In this document: positions 40,019 to 49,784 of the stretch, piece by piece | Numbering within the stretch: the first letter of the stretch is position 1 | Layout: the number at the start of each line of letters is the position of its first letter | DNA from: Octopus sinensis | Taxonomy: Eukaryota | Length of the DNA: 64,000 bases | Assembly: GCF_006345805.1 (NCBI RefSeq) | Contig: NC_042997.1 | Location: forward strand, 157,790,001 to 157,854,000 | Direction: 5' to 3' | Notes under the pieces: generated by a model | Seen by the model: the letters and a program-made list of their open reading frames with translations, nothing else | The model's database searches: none | Told to the model about the DNA's origin: nothing | Position numbers and translations under genes: made by a program

Positions 40019-42177
40019 CGGCTCATATGAAAGCACCGTAGATCAGTAGATAACCAGTATAACGTAAGTTTGGTTAAAGACTAGGTCTCTATTATCGTCT
40101 GAAAAACTTTTCATTTCCCTTGTGTTGCTAATAAATTCTTTTTAAAAAATCTTTAATGCTGCAACGTTTACTTTACTCACCAATAAATGCTAGTAGCCTT
40201 TTCAAACATTCCTATGAAGTTAGAAGGAAATCATGTTAATGTTTCCTCCTGAGAAATATACTATGTGTCAAAAATATGTGCTATATAAATGTGTTGAGCT
40301 TTATAGTGCTATGAACCATGACAAAAAAGTACTATGGATAAATTAAGGTCGTTTGAAGCTCAGAGAGAAAGAGAAAGGAAGAAACACAGAGAAGGAGAGG
40401 GAGAGAGAGGGAGAGCAATTGATGACAGGTATCAATACAGTTCACGCTTAAAACTTTTTGACAATGGAAAGTGAAATAGAACATTATCATGTTATTGAGA
40501 ATGTAAAAATCTTTTGAAAATCTTTTGAAAATCAGTTGATTTTGAAGATTTGAAAATACTATCATATCATATAAATTTCTGAAGGAACCATTGTTTCATT
40601 TATATATGCTCCCCAAATTCTCAGTTAATCTAACACCTGAGTTACTCTAACTTAGCCTTATGTGAAGTTACTTTCTCTAACTACAAGAAACTTTATTTGC
40701 CATATTTCTTCAGATATCTGTAAAAAAAAATAGGTCTAATTTCAATCACCTGGGAAAAGGAATTTATAAGAGCAAAACTCGGCGCACAATTATAGGGAAA
40801 GGCAATGGAATAATTGGAAAACGAAAACTTTTCCATTATATATGAAGTCTCTGACTTATGGAAAAGAACTAAAGGCGACATTTGATGCTTGCACACTTTT
40901 CAGTGACATAAGAAATTCATGTTAAGCTGACCTACAAGGGAAAAGAAACTATCAAACGATGTTTGTCGTACACTTAGCAATGATCACTGAATAAGCCAGA
41001 ATCAATAAATTATTTCACAGGCACTTTTATATATGAATGAGAAATATTTTATGGAATGCTGATCAGAAGTTTAAGAAGGTGGCATTTAAAGAGAAAGCAT
41101 TTTTAAAGAGAAGGCAATACCTGAATTATATGCTGTCGCTCGGGAAGAGCTGGAAGTTTTGTCGTGTACCACCAGTATGTCGTTTCTCTTGCTGGTATTG
41201 TAACCTGGCAAATAAAGAAAAATCGACCTATCAAAGATTGCAGTTGAAATATACGTTTAATTTAAACATTACAGAGGTATATAAATACAGGGTGCTTTCC
41301 AGAGGTTTTGAGAATTTTCAGGAGAGACATTTATTAAATTTAAAGAAGTAAAAATCTCTAAACTCCTTCAAAGTAGGATCCCCTGACTTCAACTCACTTG
41401 TAACGCTGCAGCCACTTATGAATGCCTTCTGTGAGTGGAACAGTAAAAATATGCTGAACTTTTCTCAAGTTCCAAATGTGAATTTGTCTACGTTTACTAC
41501 ATTCCAAAGAGGGAGCCTTGTATCTTTGTTGGAAAGCGGCTCCTCAGTGGAAGGTTTATAATAATTAAAAAATAGAAGACATACATGTATATATAGTGTA
41601 ATGTCCTAAGTAAGATTTTAAGCTGCATCTCTCAATGGGGTTCTGGTTCGGAAGAGACAGGTTATTGAGGAGTTTAGAACAACCTTTTTGCCACTGTTGT
41701 TCCCAAGAATATGTGAAAAATAGAAGCAAGTACAGACGAAGAGAAAAGGAAGTTCAAAGAGTACGTACGCCGGGAGCTAGAACCGAAAAAGTCCAGGTGT
41801 CCTTAGGATGTCTAGGGATCGGAACATCGGCTTCCAGAAGAAGCACACGCTGAAGTCCCGGAGATAAGGAAGTTACATTCACCCCTTCCGGATAATGAAA
41901 CGTGTTATCACCGATGAAGAACACTACGTGGAGGGTTCCGTTCTAAAATAGAAATATTATAAAATAATTATAAAACTTATATATAATAGATATAAAGATG
42001 AAATTGCTTTTCTAAATTGAGTTTGGCAACTTAGCTGTGTTAACATAATGCAGAATTTTTAAAAGATTATTCAATTATTAGAAAATTTCATCCACTATGA
42101 AAAAGAAATTAATTAGTGTTAATGATAATATTTTTCTTGACAAAAATTATATATATGTATGTATATATATATATGTT

Positions 42178-42259
<82 letters not shown>

Positions 42260-42540
42260 AGGGGGAATAAGAGCATGTATATACATAACGCAAAATTTCA
42301 ATTGGGATTGGAACGTCGCTCGTTCACTGATAATCGGTGAACTCGCGTAGCTGTTGGGTGTTATCCGCGCGAGCGGGAGAGGCCACTCGGAAGAACTCCA
42401 AAACGGTGGATCGACGAAATACGACAAAAGTTTAGAGCTACGTGGTTGAGGAAAGCACAATCCAGAGAAGAATGAACGGCACGCTCTGACCAGCGGTGCC
42501 GAAACGACGTCCGGGAATTCGGTCGGTCAAGCTAATCATG

Positions 42541-42585
<45 letters not shown>

Positions 42586-42921
42586 TAAGCAATAAAGGGT
42601 TTAGCAACGAATTGCCTTACCACATACCGAATTTAGAAATAGCAGTCAAAGGGTTATAGCTATTTCTTCTACTAAAAAGGGAGATCTCAGTAAAAACAGC
42701 AATTGGAAGGCAGACACAAACAGGTAAGAGAGAATGAATTGACTGCAATCTATCATACTGCTATTTCTAAATTCGGTATGTGGTAAGGCAATTCGTTGCT
42801 AAACCCTTTATTGCTTAGTATTACTTAAATTTTCCTCGAATGAGGCTTTTACATGCCGAAGACTACTTGGTGTAATTGATAATTATTCCAAATTAATTAA
42901 TTTCACCCTTCATTATTACGG

Positions 42922-42984
<63 letters not shown>

Positions 42985-43288
42985 TTATATGTGTATATGT
43001 GCGGGTTTCTGTGTGCCTCCCTGTGTAAATATATAGTAAACGTGGACACTTTGGAAGAATTCATTTTGGTGTTGAGTTCATTTCTTTTCCAGTCATTTAT
43101 ATAAATTTTTATATCGGCGTAGGAGTGGCTGTGTGGTAAGTAGCTTGTTTACCAACCACATGGTTCTGGGTTCAATCCCACTGCGTGGCACCTTGGGCAA
43201 GTGTCTTCTACTAAAGCCTCGGGTCTACCAAAGCCTTGTGAGTGGATTTGGTAGACGGAAACTAAAAGAAGCCCGTCGTATATATGTG

Positions 43289-43375
<87 letters not shown>

Positions 43376-46300
43376 ATGTGTATGTGTGTGTGTGTGTGTA
43401 TGTTTGTGTGTCTGTGTTTGTCCCTCCAGCATCACTTGACAACCGATGCTGGTGTGTTTACGTCGCCGTAACTTAGCGGTTCGGCAAAAGAGACCGATAG
43501 AATAAGTATTAGGCTTACAAAGAACAAGTGCTGGGGTCAATTTGCTCGACTAAAGGCGGTGCCCCAGCATGGCCACAATAAAATGACTGAAAAGGAAATG
43601 AACTCAACACCAAAACGAATTCATCCAAAGTGTCCACGTTTACTATATATTTGCACACGGACACACACAGACACGCGCACATATACACATATAAACACTT
43701 ACACATGCATACATGTTTCTTGAGTGTATACATAAGAACACGATTAGATGTATGTATATTAATTCATGCAATTTTTTCATAGACACTTACACTCAAGCAC
43801 GCGTGTGAGCAAACACAAACACATATACGTGCATATATGATATGTAGTTTGAAAGACAGAGAGAAAGAAAAACAAGGCAGAAAGACATACTTACGTCAAA
43901 AGGAAAATCATAATTGTCACATGTGTCGAAAGCTCTTTGATATTCAATGACCAATGCATGCTTGTTCAACTGACCAGATAATATTTTGTAATCTTGCTGA
44001 TTATCAATGTGGAGTATGCCTTTACTGTCCGTCCATGCATCCTGTATATAAGAAATAAATTTAAATATACGTCTATTAAAAGATATCTCTAATTCATCAT
44101 GCATTTAGACAACTGAATATCTTTACATTTGTGGAGGCGCGTGGCTTAGTGGTTAGGGTGTCAGCATCATGATCGTAAGATTGTGGTTTCGATTCCTGGA
44201 CCGGGCGACGCGTTGTGTTCTTGAGCAAAACACTTCATTTCACGTTGCTCCAGTCCACTCAGCAGGTAAAAATGAGCAACGCTGCGATGGACTGGCCTCC
44301 CATCCAGCTGGGGAACACATACGCCATAGAAACCGGGAAACCGGGCCCATGAGCCTGGCTAGGCTTTATAAGGGCGCATTTATTTTATTATTTTTATTAT
44401 ATCTTTACATTTACGACACTGCCTCTATATCATTGATATTCCAGTTTGTAGAGGGAAATTCTAAGCTAACGCCACAATAAAAAAATTAATGATTACTCCT
44501 CCACACACACACACACGCACGTACGCATGCGCGCACACACATGCATGAACACACACACACACATGCTGGAAATGCCTGAATATGTGTGTGAGGTTTTGCA
44601 TCTGCTTCTTTTATTAGTTAGGGCCACACAGTCCAAATGTGAATCTAAGATGAGATGGCGTTTCAATCGCCCACTAAATCTAAAGAGCGAGACGATCCAA
44701 GGAAAGCCTCAAAAAGCCTAAATAAGTGTGGTTACCCGACCTGTAATTTTCTATTGCTGTTGAGGAGCCTAAAGCCTAAAGCGTATTAGCGTTTCCACGG
44801 TTGTAACATCGAGGGCTTCTATCACTTCCAGTCGCTGTCCGCCTGGGATTTTCTTTAGGTTTCATCTAAATCAAAATACCCAACCCCTTCGCAATCTAAT
44901 TCTCGGAATCTCTTTATTTTTAAGAAGCGTGCTAAGGCCTTCCAAAAATCGTACTTTTTACCATCCACCAGAAATTTAGTTCTGATGGTATGCTTGAGAT
45001 TTTTATTCGGTTCACTCTCTGCCCCAAGTATCTGCACGAAATCTCAAGTTTTGTGGGACGTTCTAATGTTTCTAAACTACAGTTTCCGAATGGAAAATGA
45101 CTCGGATATATCCGCAATTACGGGTGTATCCCACAAAATCGATGCCTCGCTATATAATTCTTAAACAGAGCTAGGCTTGGTCCGCAGGAATACGTTCTAA
45201 TTTATGTCTTTTTGTTGATATGCATCTATACAGAATTGTTTTCTTTTTTGTTAGGTCTGAAATGTGATATGGTATACTGAATGCAACTTCCTGTTTAGTA
45301 TGTTAATGTATTTTTCTATCTCTTTTAAATATTCATATTTATTGACTAGGCAGAAGAAATATTTTTGCCGTGTTTTCACTGTTACTGCTGCTGTTGTTAG
45401 TATCATACCCAAACCGGGCGTTGTGAGTGTTTATTGAGCGAAAACACCTAAAGCTCCATGAGGCTCCGGCAGGGGATGGTGGTGATCTCTGCTGTACTCT
45501 TTCACTACAACTTTCTCTCACTCTTACTTCCTGTTTCTGTTATACCTGTATTTCAAAGGGCCGGCCTTGTCACTCTCTGTGTCACGCTGAATATCCCCGA
45601 GAACTACGTTAAGGGTACACGTGTCTGTGGAGTGCTCAGCCACTCACACGTTAATTTCACGAGCAGGCTGTTCCGTTGATTCTGATCAACCGGAACCCTC
45701 GTCGTCGTAACCGACGGAGTGCTTCCATCCATCATAGCTATCGCTGCAGGTATTACTTATAATGAGATGTTGCTAATAACTATGTGAGGTACTTTGTTTG
45801 ACATGCTGTTGTTTTTACAGCTTCTTATATTGTTGTTGTTGTTGCTGTGACGATCTTGTTGAGCGAAGCGGTCTTCTGTAGTGAGAGAAGTCGTCCGATA
45901 CGCGGTCCTTTGCTATTCGTAAGACCCGCAGAAGAGAAAGCAAGTCAACTCCCGACACCGAGAGCATCGACGGATGGATGAATGCGCATCCAGACCCAGC
46001 GGTTGCGTAGGAAGTCGGGGACAAGAAACAGGAAGAAAGAGTGAGAGAAAGTTGTGGCGAAAGAGTTAGTTAGTTAGTTAGTTAATTTGGCTCAAAAGCA
46101 AATAGCAAGGCCATGTAGGGGGACATGGAGTTAAGTACAGGGTGGTGTTCATGTAAAGAGTTCAGGCCACTTGAGGTCAAGGGAGGCTTTGAACAAAGCG
46201 GTCGTCGGCATCTTCACCATCTCGTCTGGCAGCTTGTTCCACGGATCCGCAACCCGGACGGAGAAAGCTCCTCTCCTTCGATTGAGATGAAATCGTCGCA

Positions 46301-49300
46301 GGTAGAGCTTTTCGGAATGACCCCGCAGCCGACGCTCTGGAGCAGGAGTGAAGAACAGCTCTTTCGAGAGGTTACACTTTCCGCTTATGATGTTGTGGGC
46401 GAGAATGAGATCACTACGGCGGCGGCGTTTACAACAGGGTCGCCACCACCCCCTGTCGGAGCCTCGTGAAGCTTTAGGTGTTTTCGCTCAATAAACACAC
46501 ACAACGCTCGGTCTGTGAATCGAAACCGCGATCCTCCGACCGCGAGTCCGCTGCCCTAACCATTGGGCCATTGCGCCTCCTGTTGTTGCTGTTATAACTC
46601 TCGTTGATGTTGTTTTTGACGGAGAAAGGTTCTGCATTTGCGGTCCAAAATCCAGTCAATTCCACAGTACCTACACTCTACAACACTCTTCAAAACTGTT
46701 CTTCATAAACAATCAGTCTTACCACCATTGCTATCATTTGCATGCCAAATGCAAAAATACCTGCAGTCATTTCATATTAACAAGCCCAGCACATCAGATC
46801 CCACTGGGAGATTACCTGGGTGAATGTTTTCTGTCATTCTTATAATCGATGAAAATTGTATGAGTGATATTTCTAAGTAAAATACTGCGCACAATTTCGT
46901 TTGGCTGTAAATTTTTTTGGATGATAGAGTTAATCCATTGACCAGTTAAAACTACAATCTGGCATTTGATAACTTACAAGCCTTCGTACTTGATCTCAAA
47001 TATGATCCGCTGATAACCACTTTCAGCTGCAGCGACCCACGCCATAGCTGCTTGTAGCCCTTTTCGCTAATGAGTCACGGGACCTTGAAAACGTTATAGA
47101 CCCTACCTGTCTTCGTGTGTCTATTCTATAAGAAAAGCAACAATGTTTAAGAAAAGAGCCATGTAATCTGTATACAACGTGCAAAATCTGCGACGGACAG
47201 AGTCCTTGTAAATATCCTACAATAAGATGCTGGCAGCCTTGTGTCTTTTAGTAATATACAAGTATACAGACGCAATCACGAAACGAGCTTGTACCTCTCT
47301 CTCTAATCTAAAACATGGGATCTTTTCGGTTTGAACGGCAATTTTTAACATAATTTCTAGGTAACTAAAACAATTTTAAACTTCGTATACTGGTAGAATG
47401 TGTTTATAAAACATCTTTTTCTCTTGGCTTTATTGAGAAAATTCTAGTTTGTAAGATATTTGTTGTTTTTTTCTTCAATTTCTGCAATTTCAACCAATCA
47501 CTGACGTCCATTGAGCTAAAAAAAACATTCTGTGCCGTATGAATATGTCCCTCGTATAAGAAACAGATTGGGTTTATTTACATTTGTGAAGAAAAAAAGA
47601 TACCCTTCTCCCCACCCCTAACCATAACCCTAAAACAGATTGAAATGCAATAGATGGATACTAGGGTCATAATTATGGGTGACAATTTCATATGACACCA
47701 CTAGAAAAAATTGCCGTTCAAACCGATAAGATCCAAAACATGTAATCTAAACTTTCAAAGACGCCATAAATTCTATAACTCACTAGCTCTAATGCACTTC
47801 CTTGACAATGTAACATGCACATCATAGTTAAAGCAACATTCTAAGGACAAGAGTTTTCCTTTGGGTAAAAAAAACTATTTCATCTCTGTTCAGTTATCTT
47901 CTATACAGTTCAAGCTAATAACCACAATAAATCGTGGTGCAGCTATTACATACACAATCATCCGGGAAAGGCAATATATAAAGACTACACGATACTAACA
48001 CAACAAGCTCACTTAGTCTTTCTCTTCTCTCTGCCTATTCCACAACGGCAACTACAACGGCATCTGATGCTCTGAATTAATTGCAAATTTATATCCGCAT
48101 CACGACTTTATTGATTAAAAGATATGCACAGTTATATTGAGAAGAAAATATTGGATTAATTATGATACCTAGTCATTATGTCTTCTGCGTATTAATAGCT
48201 TGTAGAAATAAACCAGTTTGTTTATTCAATATTTATTCTATACACATCTAGATAAAATACACATTGAATTAAACAAATGGTGATAGCTACATTTATCATA
48301 AGTTAAGCAGTATTTGATTTGACCGATAAGCCTGGCAGAGCAACGAAAAAACTACTGGAGGGTCAAGTATTCGATAAGGTTTTGATTACAGTTTATCACA
48401 ATTTATATTTTACCTCCTTAAAAATATTAAAGAATTTGTACATATTCAAAACCAAAAAAAAACATTATTAGATTTGACTGTGGACTAGCTTTTCTGTTTG
48501 AAACTTTTACTAAGGTCACCACAACCTAGAGACACAGTTGGTGCCCTATCCTAATCAAGTAGTCGATATACAAATAACGACTTACCAAAGTTGTCGGTAA
48601 AGAAACACACTTTTAACTTTTAACACTCTCCCTTTAAATCACGTTAAAACTAGTCAGTCAACTCTTAAACAGTGCATTGCATCCCACTAACATAACTATG
48701 TCAGGAGCGGCGCAACCACAAATAACACATTTTCAACATCACCAATAAATGCGAACCTGAGTTGAGTAAACCTTAATATATCATCTGCCATTATGCATTA
48801 CTCTCGCTATTACAATTATTACAATCAGCACCGGCTTCATCGCTATAAGTATCACGATGATGACATGGGTGACGTCACCGCCGCCTCCGCTGTCGCCCAC
48901 CTTCGCCCCCGTCGTCTCCTCCATCTCCACCGTCACCTCTGCCATCGCCTCCATTCCCACCGTTGTCTGTGCCCCCGCCGACGCCTCAGCCATCGTCTCC
49001 GCCTCCACTGTCGCCTCCGCCTCCACAGTCTCTACCATTACCGACGACGACGACAAAAACACACACACCACCACCACCACCACCTGAGTAAAATTCATGC
49101 TCAAAAGTGGTACAGTAACAAAGTTGCTCTGGATTGAACTAATTTTAATATATTAGTTTTTTAAGTTATTCATCAGACAGTGATTACATCACCTAATTTC
49201 ATCAATGAACTTAGACGCCACCGAGTCACTTCAGTATCCTCTCACTCACTCGAGAATAGATTAAGGAAAAGGATTGCGACAACATTCGATAGAAGGAGGA

Positions 49301-49743
49301 AAAGGATCCAGATAATATACCACCAAACAGAGAAATGCCCCTACCTTTCCCTCAAATAGCTTCCGCTTGATGTTATCTCTGATGAACTGGAACAAGTTCC
49401 TAATAATAGCTGTTTATAAAGCTACGGAATAGTTTTCAATCAATTCTGCTGACATCTTTTCCATGATTAATGAAATAGACAACTATTGATGCCAGATCAA
49501 TATTAAGGCGTGCTATGTCATTCACCTTAACATACATTGCCCCTTCACTCTCTTCCTCACACAACAACTCATATTCGCTTCCAGTTTTCTTTTCTTTCTT
49601 TTCCATTTCTTTATTTCTTCCTATTTTCTTTTCATTTTTTCTTTAAGTCGATATTTCTACACATAGTCACACACAACTATTCATTCAAGGCGTTTCCTTC
49701 GAATCGCCGCTTCCTAAGAATGAAACACATAAAAAATGTATGC

Positions 49744-49784
<41 letters not shown>

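Noticed and set aside
48781-49137. GC-rich ORFs on both strands (poly-His/Arg, Ala/Ser/Thr, Gly/Asp)
   Set aside because: Degenerate trinucleotide low-complexity tract in intron 1, with no splice-compatible role or recognisable domain
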